A stretch of DNA of 62,818 bases, counting the filler, from Chiloscyllium plagiosum (Eukaryota), in assembly GCF_004010195.1 (NCBI RefSeq). It is 6 parts of 2 records of this genome, joined end to end, with 100 filler letters (N's around TTAATTAATTAA, not from the genome) between each part and the next. Parts side by side here need not be neighbours in the genome. Positions count along the whole stretch, not along the records: positions 36,973 to 58,281 come from NC_057715.1; positions 58,382 to 62,818 come from NC_057716.1; 4 more parts are not named here. One strand, given 5' to 3'. The translations under genes were made by a program, and so were the position numbers. This document shows positions 51,031 through 62,676 of this stretch, piece after piece. How positions within the stretch are numbered: the stretch's first letter is position 1; every line of letters begins with the position of its first letter. Below the pieces are notes generated by a model. It searched no databases. It was not told the origin of the DNA and saw only the letters and a list, made by a program, of their open reading frames with translations.

Positions 51031-52114
51031 CCCTCTAAACAAAACAGCAAGTGAGTCTGTCAGGCCAAGTGGCTTTTTCCTATTCGTAAATATTTTTTAA
51101 ATTCATTGGATGTGGGCATGAATGGCTAGGCTAACATTTACCGTCCATCCCGAATTGACCAGAGAGCAGTTAAAAGTCAACCACATTGCTGTGGGTTTGC
51201 AGTTACATGTAGGCCAGATTAGGAAAGGATAGCAGTTTCCTTCCCTAAAAAGACATGTGAACAAATGGGTTTATCCTGACAACCAGCAATGGATTCATGG
51301 TTAACATCAGATTCTAACTTCTAGATTATTACAGAATTCAAATTCCACCATCTGCCATAGTGGGATTTGAACCCAGGTCCCCTGAACATTACCAGAGTCT
51401 CTGGAATAACAGTCAGGCGACAATATCATTAGGTCATTGTCTACCCCTAACTCTTGTAACTTTTGTGCCAAAGCCATGCACCAACTTCACAGCTACAAGA
51501 CCTGTCAACCTGTTATGTTGTTATATCCTCATCCCTGTTCAATGCAGGTTCTAGTTTGAGCAATGAAGATCTTCAAATCTTCAGGGTTGCATTACTGTGG
51601 TGGTAGAGGGCATTCAAGGAAATGTTTCATCACTTGAGAAGCTACTTGCCAAGTACTGGAAAATTGATTAGAATAGATGGATGTTTGATGACAGGCATGG
51701 ACATTACAGGCTGGAGGACCTCTTTCTGTACTAGCAGAATATTCTATGACTCTTCAGAGTCACAGCTGACAAAATTTGTTTTGGCTGTTTCTCCATTACT
51801 GTAAAAGAGACTTGCAGTGACTGACACCGATCCAGAGGCGATTGAGACACAGTCAAATAGGCTTTTAACTCATGTTCCTCCTGCTCTTAATGGAAGGGAT
51901 TTCCAGGGCCATTAGAAAATTTGTGGGCTAGTCTGTGTAATGTTGACCATGCAGCAAAGCAATAACTATGCAAGGTATAATCTAACACCTCGATCGTACA
52001 GAAGCTGCCCCTTAACTTGAGCGTCTTTGGTAGTGCTTCTTTCTGGAAGGGAGGATGACAAGGATCACGGTTTTCTCCATTCTATTTTTGATATAACTTT
52101 CCTCCTTAAGACAA

Positions 52115-52437
52115 AGTTAAAAATCACATAACACCAGGTTATAGTCCAACAGGTTTAATTGGAAGCACACTAGCTTTCGGAGCGATGCTCCTTCATCAGG
52201 TGATAGTGGAGGGCTCGATCGTAACACAGAATTTATTTTTCAATGTATAATTTCAGTTATATCACACTGCAAATTTTTGCTATAAATTCTGTGTTACAAT
52301 AGAGCCCTCCACAATCACCTGATGATGGAGCGTCGCTCCGAAAGCTAGTGTGCTTCCAATGAGTGGACTAGAACCTGGTGTTGTGTGATTTTTAACTTTG
52401 TACACCCCAGTCCAACACCGGCATCTCCAAATCATGA
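52115..52437 (+). mobile_element. Penelope-like fold-back insertion (family C), 13-bp TSD, two hammerhead cores
   Basis: TSD ctccttaagacaa at 52102-52114 and 52438-52450; ~120-bp inverted arms. Confidence 0.88.
52316..52350 (+). ncRNA. Minimal type I hammerhead ribozyme motif
   Basis: CAC-CTGATGA-t-GGAGC-gtc-GCTCC-GAAA-GCTA-GTG: stem I CAC/GTG, stem II, palindromic AGCT, NUH=CUA. Mirror copy at 52168-52202(-). Confidence 0.75.
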
Positions 52438-52639
52438 CTCCTTAAGACAAGTGGAGTATAACCAGAAAATAAGTACAGATGACCTTTGTTAGCATTCAGA
52501 TAAGCAGTGTTAAGAATGTGCACGAACCTGCTGCCATGGACACAGCATAGCCAAACTAAACAGACACATTCAGCTTCCAAGACGCATAGGACAAGGATAT
52601 TTATTTGCAATGTTTTCACATCAGTTTCCACTTAAAGAA

Positions 52640-53822
52640 TACAGCAGGATATAGATCAGCTAGAAAGTTGTGTGGAGAAATGAAGATGGAGTTTAATCCA
52701 GACAAGTGTAAGGAGGTGCATTTTGGGAGGTCAAATGAAAGAGGAAAGTGTACAGTTAATGTCAGGACCCTTTAGAGCATTGATATACAGAAGGATCTTA
52801 GGGTTTAAGTGCATAGCTCTCTGAAAGTAGCAACATAAATATATAAGGTGGTAAAGAAGGCATATGACATGCTTGCCTTCATTGATCAGGGCACTTAATA
52901 TGAAAGCCGTTAAGTCGTGTTGCAGCAATAATTTGAAATATTGTGTGCCGTTCTGCTTGGCAAATTGTAGGAAGGATATAGAGGCTTTGGACAGTGTGCA
53001 AAAGAGATTTACCAGGACGTTATCTGGATTGAAGTGTATTAGCTGTAAGGGAAGGTTGGACAAACATGGATTGTTTTTGCTAATGCACTGGAGATTAGGA
53101 GCAACCTGATAAAAGTATATAAATTTATGACAGGCATGGATAGAGTGAATAGTCGAAATATTTTTCCCAGGGTGGAAATTTCAAATACTAAGGTCATTGG
53201 GCTAAGGTGAGTGGGGAAAAGTTTAAGGAGATGTGCGAGGAAAGTTCTTTTTTTTGCTTAGAGGGTAGTAGCTGCCTGAAACAGGCTGCCGGGGAGGTGA
53301 TAAAAGCAGATACATTAGCAACATTTAAATGGTATTTAGACAGAGACATGAACAGGCAGAGAGTACAAAGATATGGACTATGTGCAGGCAGATGAGGTTA
53401 ATTTAGAATGGCATCATGGTTGGCACAGACATTGAATCATAGAATCCCTACAGTATGGAAAAGGTCCTTTGGCCCAACAAGTCCACACCGATCCTCCAAA
53501 GTGTAACCCACCCAGACCCATTCCCTCTACCATATATTTACCGCCAACTAATGCTCCTAACCTACACATCCCTGAACACCATAGGCAATTTAGCATGGCC
53601 AATTCACCTAACCTGCACATTACTGGACTGTGGGAGAAAATCCGAGCACCCAGAGGAAAACCACACAGACACTGGAGAATATGCAAACTCCACACAATCA
53701 CCCAGAGCTGAAATCGAACCCAGATCCATGGAATTGTGAGGCAGCAGTACTAACCACTGAGCCACCATGCTACCCACATGGTAGACTGAAGGGCTGTTCC
53801 TGTGCTAAACTGTTCTATGTTA
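52640..53822 (+). mobile_element. Degenerate CR1 3' portion (contains an HE1-like SINE)
   Basis: ALDSVQKRFTRTLSG; tail gaagggctgttcctgtgc...ttctatgtt. Confidence 0.8.
53434..53775 (-). mobile_element. Full-length HE1/V-SINE-like SINE
   Basis: tRNA head ggtagcatggtggctcagtggttag with B-box gggttcgatttc, V-domain, CR1-like tail gattctatgattc. Confidence 0.82.
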
Positions 53823-54299
53823 AGTTGAGGCAGTTTCCTTAAGATATTGCATCTTGCATCCATCTTCATCAGTCCTTTGATGACAAGATCTTGAAACTTA
53901 GGGTGTGACCTAATGTTGCTCTAAAGCATACTGGATTAAGGTTGTGTGTCAGTACTCATGTCACAGCTCCTGTCAGGTTTTGTTGCAATTGTCAGGAGTG
54001 CAAATCCTTCTACAATGCTACACCCAATTTTCTACCACTGAAATTTCTCAAACAAATAGTGAAAACAGAAGAATAAATTTATTGCTGTTCACAAAGGACA
54101 TCAACTATTTAGACTTTGGAATCAAACACATGATGTCAAACTTTGTGGATGACAACAAATTGAAGGTAATAGTTAATACAGAGAAAGACTGCAACAAATT
54201 GCAGAAGAACACTGATTAACTTACAGATTGGACAAATAGTTAATAAATGAAGTTCAAGCAGATAAAATGTAACACAGAAGGGAAGGGAATGGCCTAGTG

Positions 54300-54920
54300 A
54301 TATTAACGCTGGACTGTTAATCGATGACCAGTCCTGGACTTCCCACATAGGTGCGATGGTCAGTAAGGCACAAAAACGCCTCTTTTTCCTCAGGCAGCTC
54401 AGGAAATTTGGCATGTCCATAAGGACCCTCATCAACTTCTACAGATGCACATGGAAAGCATACTGTCCAGGTGGATAACGGCCTGGTATGGCAACTGCTC
54501 CCAATACTGTAAGAAACTACTGCACAGCCCAGATCATCAGGAAGCTAACCTCCCACCCATGGACTCTATTTACATGGCTCACTGCCATAGAAAGACTGCC
54601 AACATTATCAAAGACCCACCGCACTCCAGAAACAATCTCCTACACCTCTTCCATGAGGCAGAAGATACAGGAGCCTGAACACATGCACCAACATGTTCAG
54701 GAACAGCTTCCTCCCGGCTGTTATTGGACTGATGAATGGACTCTCTAGCCTCAAATAATGCTGATCTTGCTAACGTTGATCTCACCTAGTGCACATCCTG
54801 TGCAATGTAACCTGTATGCCTCTAACTAAGACTTTTTGATCTGTACATTCTTGCTTACTACGATATGCCATAAATAAAGCTTTTCACTGTTCTTCAGTAC
54901 ACGTGACAATAAAATCAATT
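54300..54920 (+). mobile_element. Rex/Babar-like LINE 3' end
   Basis: KAQKRLFFLRQLRKFGMSIRTLINFYRCTWKAY/ESILSRWITAWYGNCS (DUF1891-type C-terminus); tail gcttttcactg...gtgacaataaa. Confidence 0.72.
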
Positions 54921-56534
54921 AGTTTAAAAAAAATCAATTCAGTAATGTTCTGGGGATCTGGGTTTGAATTCCACCACTGCAGATGGTGAAATTTGAATTC
55001 AACAAATATCTGGAATTAAGAATCTAACGACGATCATGAAACCATGGTCGATTGTCGGAAAGACACATCTGGCTCACTGATGTCCTTCGTTGTTAGTTTG
55101 TCTGGCCTACACGTGACTCCTGACCCACAGCAATGCAGATGACTCTTAACTACCCTCTGGGCAATTAGGATTAGGCAATAAATACTGACTTAGCCAGTGG
55201 CACCCTCTTCCCATTAATACGTTTTAAAAAAAAGAATTATTTGGTAGGAGGAATAGGAAGTTGCAGGTCAGGTACAAGAAGAAATACACCCCATCCATAA
55301 AAGTTAATTATGCATTAGCAAAACTATTTAAAAAACTAAATCCATCACTCGATTTGATTTCTAGAGAAACAGTTTGAAAAGCAGTGAAGTTATATTAAAC
55401 CTGTATCAAGTTTTGTTCAAACAATAGAAAGGGTACTTGAGCAGTTCTGGTTGCATAAACACCAGCATGGACTGGTAGTGTTCCCTGCCATACATTCAAC
55501 GTAATTCATTTAATTTTTAAATATGTTTCCAGACTGAAGTTCATTTTAAATGTGCTACAATACTTTCAGTAAATGGATAAAGTGTAAATGTTAGCTTCTG
55601 ATTGACAACCTATTTAATAGGTATGATCTCAACATTATTATTACATGTTAGAACTTAAGCTCAAAACTGATGTTTTCTTCATTAAAAAAATCAGTCATTT
55701 TATCCACCTGAGTTTTCACATAGCTAGTTGTTAGGGTATGGACTACACTGTCTGGAGGTATGATGGAGGTCGGTTCAATTGATGCATTCAAGAGGATATT
55801 GGATGATTATCTGGATATAAACAATGTTCAAGGGCACAGGGGAAAAGCAGGAAACTGATAGTAGGTACTCTTGCTCATTTGAAGAGCTGGAGCAGACATG
55901 TTGGGGCAAATAGCCGCCGCCTGCTCTGCAAGACTTCTGTGATTCAAAATGCAGGTGCAATGCAAAATGTAAACTGGTAATTCAAAGCAATTCAGTGCTG
56001 AACACATTATTTATATATCCTGCAGTTTAATTCAATATTATCTTTTGGAACAGGAACTGTTTAAAAGAGATCACTTTGTTACCTTATAATTCATTGTTGT
56101 AACAAACATTCTGTGACTCAAGCTCCGACATCATGAGCCGATGGGCCTGCTCTGTGCTGTACTTATCTGTTCTAAAAGATCCATTGTGTTTGCTTCCAAA
56201 CAAGTCAAAACATGACATCGGTTTTGTGCTGTTGTAAACAATCAATGTGGATTACTGGTTTAATGTAACTTTATTAAAGATGAAAATTTTTACAAGTTTA
56301 AAAAAATTGAAAGATCTTGCATTATAATGTGGTTTAACAAACATCATGCATTGTTCGCCACAATATATGGTTGCACTTGCTCCATATGGTGGATTCTCCT
56401 GTCAACGGGTACGTATTCAGCAAGCAAACCACTGTCCAAGATGGTAGCAATTTATATGCGTTGTAAACAAAACCTTAGTTTGTAGATTTGACTGAAAGAT
56501 TACGTTCAGGTTCCCCCCCAACACCACCTTTAAA

Positions 56535-56745
56535 GTACTGTTCGCCGAGCTGGAAGTTTTTGTGGCAAACGTTTCGTCTCCTGGCTAGGCGACATCATCA
56601 GTGCTTGGGAGCCTCCTGCGAAGCGCTTCTTTGATGTTTCCTCCGGTGTTCATAGTGGTCTGTTCCTGCCGCTTCCGGTTGTCAGTTTCAGCTGTCCGCT
56701 GTAGTGGTTGGTATATTGGGTCCAGGTCGATGTGTTTGCTCGCCA
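56535..56745 (-). mobile_element. Penelope-like (Poseidon-type) 3' end with hammerhead core
   Basis: Minus strand GCA-CTGATGA-t-GTCGCCT-agcc-AGGAGAC-GAAAC-GTT-TGC (56565-56604); coding remnant KHIDLDPIYQPL. Confidence 0.78.
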
Positions 56746-56749
56746 GTCC

Positions 56750-57818
56750 TCTGGGACCTCTCCAGTGGATATAAAGCCTGGAAACAAAGATCTTGATCAA
56801 GGCTCCAGAAATCTCTTGCCTCTCTTAATAACCAGGGGTAGATATCATCGGGCATGGGGCTTATCCACTTTAATGTTCTTGTGGAGATGAAGCCCTGCCT
56901 TCACATTGAGAATATCCTCCATTGTGTTGTGTGGCACCTCCACTGCACTAAATGGGACAGATTTCAGACACATATAGTGACTCAAGACTGGGCACTGACG
57001 GGGCACTGTGGGCCATCAACAGCAGTAAATTTCTACTCCAAAACAATCTGCAATCTCATGGTGTGGCAATTCCCACTTTTAACCATTCTTATCAAACTAG
57101 GGGCTTAATCCTGTTTCAGTGAAGATCGCAGTAGGGTCCAGCAGGAGCAGCACCATGATGAGGTGTCAACCTGATGAAACGACCAAACAGGTCTCATTAC
57201 ATGCCAAACAGCATAAACAGCAAGTGATACACAGAGCTAAGTGATCCCCCAACCAATCAGACCTAATCTTTCCAATCCTGCCAGGTCTTGCGAATGGCAA
57301 TGGGCAATGAAACTACTCACTGGAGGAGGAGGCTTCACAAATATCCCCGTTTTCAATGATGGAAGAGCCATAAAATCAGTACAACAGATAAAGCTGAAGC
57401 ATTCACAGCAATTTTCAGTGAGCAGTGCCGAGAGAATGGTCTTCTTGGCCTCCACTAGTGGTCCACAGCATAACAGATACAAGTCTTCTGGGAATTCAGT
57501 TCGCTCCACATGATGTCAAGAAATAGTTGAAGGCACTGGATAGTGCAAAGGCTATGAGTCCTGACAACATTACAGTGAAAATTATTGAAGTCTTGTGCTC
57601 CAGAACTTGTGCTCCCTTGGCTGAATTCATCCAGTGCCGTTACAACACTCAATCTACCCAACAAGGTGGAAACTGCCCAGCTATGTTCCAAACACTAAAA
57701 GCAGGACAAATCCAACCATGCCAATTATCATCCCACCAATCCACTCTTGATTATCAGTAAAGTGGTGGGAGGTGCCATCAGCAGTAATTTGTTCAGCTTG
57801 GGTTCCAACTGGGCCAAA
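56750..57818 (+). mobile_element. Family Z LINE ORF2 internal fragment
   Basis: KLLTGGGGFTNIP, ALDSAKAMSPDNI, RTCAPLAE; reverse-homologous to 41500-42500. Confidence 0.72.
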
Positions 57819-58281
57819 TTCTGGATTAGTGGTGCTGGAAGAGCACAGCAATTCAGGCAGCATCCGAGGAGTTCTTTGGCCAGTTTGTATGATGGTGTCC
57901 CTGGTAGTGATACGATGGGATTCTGGATCAGTGGTGCTGGAAGAGCACAGCAATTCAGACAGCATCCGAGGAGCTTCGAAATCGACATTTCAGGCAAAAG
58001 CCCTTCATCAGGAATAAAGGCAGAGAGCCTGAAGCGTGGAGAGATAAGCTAGAGGAGGGTGGGGGTTGGGATAGAGTAGCATAGAGTACAATAGGTCAGT
58101 GGGGGAGGAGATGAAGGTGATAGGTCAGGGAGGAGAGGGTGGAGTGGATAGGTGGAAAAGGAGCTGGGCAGGTCGGACAAGTCCGGACAAGTCAAGGGGA
58201 TCATGTTGCTGGGCAAGTTTGAAACTAGGATGAGGTGGGGGAAATGAGGAAGCTGTTGAAGTCAACATTGATGCCCTGGGG
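57819..58281 (-). mobile_element. Penelope-like 3' end (family B) with duplicated terminus
   Basis: attctggat(t/c)agtggtgctggaagagcacagcaattcag occurs twice. Degenerate hammerhead core at ~57980-58012. Confidence 0.78.
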
Positions 58282-58381
58282 NNNNNNNNNNNNNNNNNNN
58301 NNNNNNNNNNNNNNNNNNNNNNNNNTTAATTAATTAANNNNNNNNNNNNNNNNNNNNNNNNNNNNNNNNNNNNNNNNNNNN

Positions 58382-59840
58382 AAAGGGGCAGCTGTCCGGC
58401 ATTTAGACACTCCCCCAGGACCTGTGCGTAGTCGCTCCCCAGGACGTCCCAGAATGCCCTGAAGAACTCCACAGTCAGCCCGTCCAGCCCCGGGGTTTTG
58501 CCCCTCGGGAGCGCCGGTCAGCTCCTCTAAGGTGACGGGAGCGTCGAGCCTTCCGGCGTCCTCCGGGCCGAGCTGCGGCAGGTCCTCCCACAGAACTCTG
58601 CGAGCATCCTCGCTGGGCGGATCCGGAGAGAACAGAGCCGTGTAATAGTTCCGGACGTGGGCCCTGACTCCCTCCGGATCCGAGACGAGGGACCCGTCGT
58701 CGGCCAGCAGCACAAGGAGCTGCTGACGGGTGCCACGCCTTTTTTTCCAGGAGTAGAAGAAGGGGGAGCCGCGGTCCAGGTCCTGGAGGAGCTGGATCCG
58801 CGACCTCACGTACGCGCCCCGAGCCCCGACCAGCTGCAGGTCCCGGAGCGAGGCCTTCTTCTCTTCGTACGCCCCGCGCAGGGCCGGGTCCGCGTCGGGC
58901 TGACCGAGGCGTGACTCCAGGTCGAGCAACTCCCTCTCCAACTCCCCGATCCTGGATTCTGCCTCTTTGTCGACCCCCTCGCGTAATCCTGACAGAAAAC
59001 GCAGAAGTGAGCTTTGCCCACGGCCCACCATAGCCTCAGGGAGGAGAAGCTTCCCCGCTTCCTTCTCCAGCCGGCCCAGAAACCACAAAACGAGTCCCAG
59101 AACCGCTTGTCCTCCAGCAGCAGGTTGTTAAAGTGCCAGTACGCGGAGCCGAGCCTGGCGCCGAACGGAAGGAGTTCCGCCCACACCAGGTGATGGTCCT
59201 TGCACGACACCTGCCGCGTGGAGGCCTTCGGAAAACAGGAGGCGTACGCCCGCGAAACGTACAGGCGGTCGATTCTGGACGCTCCGACCCCAGGCCTCAC
59301 GAAGGTGAAGGCGATGGAGTCGGGATGGAGATTGCGCCAGACGTCCACCAGGTCGAAGGACTTGACCAAGTCCCCCAACCTCCTCCCCAACGCCCAACTA
59401 GCATGGGCACCGCCATGGTCCCTGTCCTCGAGGATGCAGTTAAAATCTCCCGAGGACGACACACTGGCTCTCGTCGATAGAGGCGAGATGAGCGGACACT
59501 TCTCCGAAGAAGCTCACTTGCCTCGGCCTGGCCAGGGGAGCGTAGACGTTCACCAAGTGAAGCACCCCCGCCCCCAGCCGAACCGTCAGGTGAAGCAAAC
59601 AGCCTGGCACTGGCTCCCTGACCCCCAAGATCTCTGGCTGAACATGTAGGGCCAACAAGATAGCCACCCCGCCAGATCTGCGGGTGAGGTGACTCATGTA
59701 GACTCCGCCCTCGCCACTCCAGGAGCCAGGTGGCTTCGTCTCCAGGGGTAGTGTGGGTCCCGGAGGACCGAGGGGGTCTGGAATCTGCGCTGCGACTCCC
59801 TGCTGCCGTTGATGTTGAGGCTGGCTATAGTTGTCTTCAT
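58382..59840 (-). pseudogene. Tx1-clade LINE ORF2 (APE endonuclease to start of RT), frameshifted, truncated by linker
   Basis: MKTTIASLNINGSR.., SGGVAIL, LVNVYAP, GDFNC, LVDVWR, SRIDR, DH, YWHFNNLLLED, GAYVRSR, GLDGLTVEFFRAFW. Confidence 0.88.
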
Positions 59841-59899
59841 GTCAGAAGCGTTGTGCAACCACCACCAGTACAGTTAAAAAAGTATATACATTTACTGGG

Positions 59900-62004
59900 A
59901 GGATGAGGGAGGGGCACAGAAGTCCCTCGCCCTCACCAGGAGTGCCCCCAGGAAGTTCCTGACTCGCTTTCACTCGTTCACGTCGAGCCCAGGCGCCTGG
60001 CGAGCAGTGTGGGCCGACCAGTAAACTCTTTCAAAGGAGCTCCAGCGGTCGAGAACCAGTTGGGCTCTATCCCGGCGACTCCAAGTTTCCTCGACAAACT
60101 CCTGGAGCTCCTCGAGGGGGATGAGGGGGAGATCGGTGGGCGGCACCTGGGACTCAAAAATGTCACTGGAGACAGACTCCGCGTCATCCCCGGTGTCTGC
60201 CACCGATCCCGGACCCTCCTCCGGGAGGTCGCCCTCGGTCACCAACCCCTCCCCCACTGAGAGAATGGGGGCTGGTCCAGCACTGCCAACTGCCCTCAAA
60301 CCCCCAGCAACCCTACCCCCAGGGTCACCGGTGGTACCTGCCTCAGCACACCCCTTTCCGAATGCCACAAGTTCGTGTCATCGGGTGGCAGACGCTTGGG
60401 GCCCCACTCCTCTCCCGACACCGGGCTCCTCGGGGAAAAGGTCCTCCCCCAGGGCCAAGGCCCCCAGTAAAACAGTCTGGGAGGGAGGAGCGAGGATAAC
60501 ACCTTCCTCCCCACCACCGCTCAACGACCCAGCAGAGAGTTCGCCGTTGTCACCTGCACCATGGCCCGTGTGGTTATTAAAGTCATCCCCAGGGGCTGGA
60601 GGAGTTATGGCAGCAGAAGGCCCTGCTGTAGCCCCTGGGAGGGTGGGTGTTCGGGCAGGTCAGGCCGCGGTGTAGGATAAGCAAGAGATGCTGTAGGCTC
60701 ATCCCCTGGCTAGGGGCAGCAGCACCACCAGCACGCTGCTGGAGCGTCTCACCCCTCTGAGAGCCAGCACCTCTTCCCCAGAGAGACGGGGGGAGTTTAT
60801 CGGCCTTCGCCGCCGCCGCCTTGGTGGTCATGGGGCCCAAGGTCCCACCTCCTTCCCCCCCCCCTCCCAGCCTTTCCCGGAATACTATTGGCTGGGGGAA
60901 TGCAGGGGGCGTGGCCAGGGTGGGGAGGGTCAGCTTGTGACTTCCTGCCACCTTCATTTATCAGGTGATGGTGGGTGGGGCAGGGGTCTAGTTCTTTCTC
61001 TGGGGTCCAGGGACATGGTTGCTGAAAGAGGTGAGGCAGTGGTGGTCCCCCCCCCCCCCCCCCCCCCAGGTCAGTACCAGGGTGTGGCTGGGCTTGGGTG
61101 CCAGGTGTTGTAGCACCAGGAGCAGGCATTGAAGCCCCAGGGGTTTCAATGGGCTAGTTGTAGGGGAAGGGTATATGGTGGTCTCCCTGTGGGAAGGCCT
61201 GGCGCGTTGCGTCTTCCTGAGCGCCTTCCAGCTGGCTGGATGCTCACCCCCCTCCCTGCCAGAGGCTGAGGCATTGTAAGCCTCTGGCTCAGCCCCTGCT
61301 GCCGGGTCTTGGGGTGTTGACTTTGGGGGAGGGGGAGTGGGTGTGGTGGTGCCACCCTCAGCCGTTGGTGTGGGCTGGGTAGCCTTCTGCGTGGGGCAGT
61401 TTTTTCTTATGTGCCCTACCTCGTGGCACAGGTGGCACCGCACGTCATCTGCTGTCCAGAAGATGCAATAAGCCGTGCCCTTGTGGAGGAGGGTAAAAGA
61501 GCCCTCTGTGACCTCCTACCATGCCAGGCAAATTAACACCTGGAGTTGGAACGAGTATATGGGCCGGAGGGCAGGGTCCTTAAGACCGAGCAGGTTGGGC
61601 CCCCGACCAGATCTCCCCCAAGGTGTTGAGGTGGGGAAGAAGGAGCTCACTGGCAACGAAGGGCGGGACGTTGCAGATCACGACCCTCTGGGCCGTAACC
61701 TCCAAAGGGTCGATGGGCAGATATGTCCCGCCCACAGTGAGCCCCCTCTCCACAGCCAGGTGGACCGCCTGCTCAGTCTTTAGGAAAAGGACGGCCTTCC
61801 CGTACATCCTGGCCGAGCAATGATGGCCAGTGGGTGGACCATCCTAGCGATGTGCTTGCTGCAGGCCTCGATGGTCATGTTGGGGTGGGGATAGGCCTTG
61901 ACCCCCAGGTGCCTGAAGGGGGTCGGGGTTGGAGCAGCTGCCCCTAAGGCAGCGGCTACCCCGGCGTAGGTGCGGCTGGGCCCTGCAATTTTGGGACTTG
62001 CCAT
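59900..62004 (-). pseudogene. Tx1-clade LINE ORF1 (gag-like, CCHC zinc knuckle), frameshifted
   Basis: MYGKAVLFLKTE..V..AVE.GLTVGG, NVPPFV, CHLCHEVGHIRKNCP, followed by a long Pro-rich region. Confidence 0.82.
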
Positions 62005-62079
62005 ATTGTGCTGCAGAATGTTGGTCGGCCCAGGAACCAGCTGTGTGTGTTGAGTCCAGTTGAGGCCTCAGGCAGGGTC

Positions 62080-62676
62080 AGCAGCAGGTGGAGGCAGGCC
62101 TCCGGTCGCAGCAGTGGTGGAGGTCTTGGGGAGTGGTCCAATGCGAGTCCCAGGCAGCAGTGGTGGAGGTCCTGGGGAAGTTCCCAAGGAGAGTCCCAGG
62201 CAGCACCAAATCAAGTCCCAGGCAGCAGCGATGGCGGCAGGCCTCAGGCAAGTCCCAGGCAGGCTCTTGATCACAGCGGTGGGGGCAGACCTGTTGGGGA
62301 GGGTCCCCAAGGCAAGTCCCAGGCAGCCCCAAAATTTAGTCCCAGGCAGCAGCGGTGGAGGTGGGCTGCTAACGGCAGCAGCGGTGGAGGTCCTGGGAGG
62401 TGCCCAAGGCGAATCCCAGGCAGCAGCAGTGAGGCAGGCCCCAAGCAATGGCAGGTCAGGGTGGGGTCCCAGAGACTAGCAGTGGGAGTGGGCCCCAGGT
62501 CAGCAGCAACACTCCCTTGATCCGGTGAGGCCCAGGATGCAGCTCCAAAAGCAGGCCCAGGAATTAAAGCTCTCACCTCCTTCGGCCCCAGGTCAGCAGC
62601 AACACTCCCTTGACCCGGTGAGGCCCAGGATGCAGCTCCAAAAGCAGGCCCAGGAATTAAAGCTCTCACCTCCTTC
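62080..62676 (-). repeat. Repeats in the putative Tx1 5' UTR, including a 93-bp tandem duplication
   Basis: tcccaggcagcagc units; 62491-62583 repeated at 62584-62676. Confidence 0.8.

Noticed and set aside
53700..53775. tRNA-like sequence with A and B boxes
   Set aside because: It is the head of an HE1/V-SINE-like element, not a tRNA gene.
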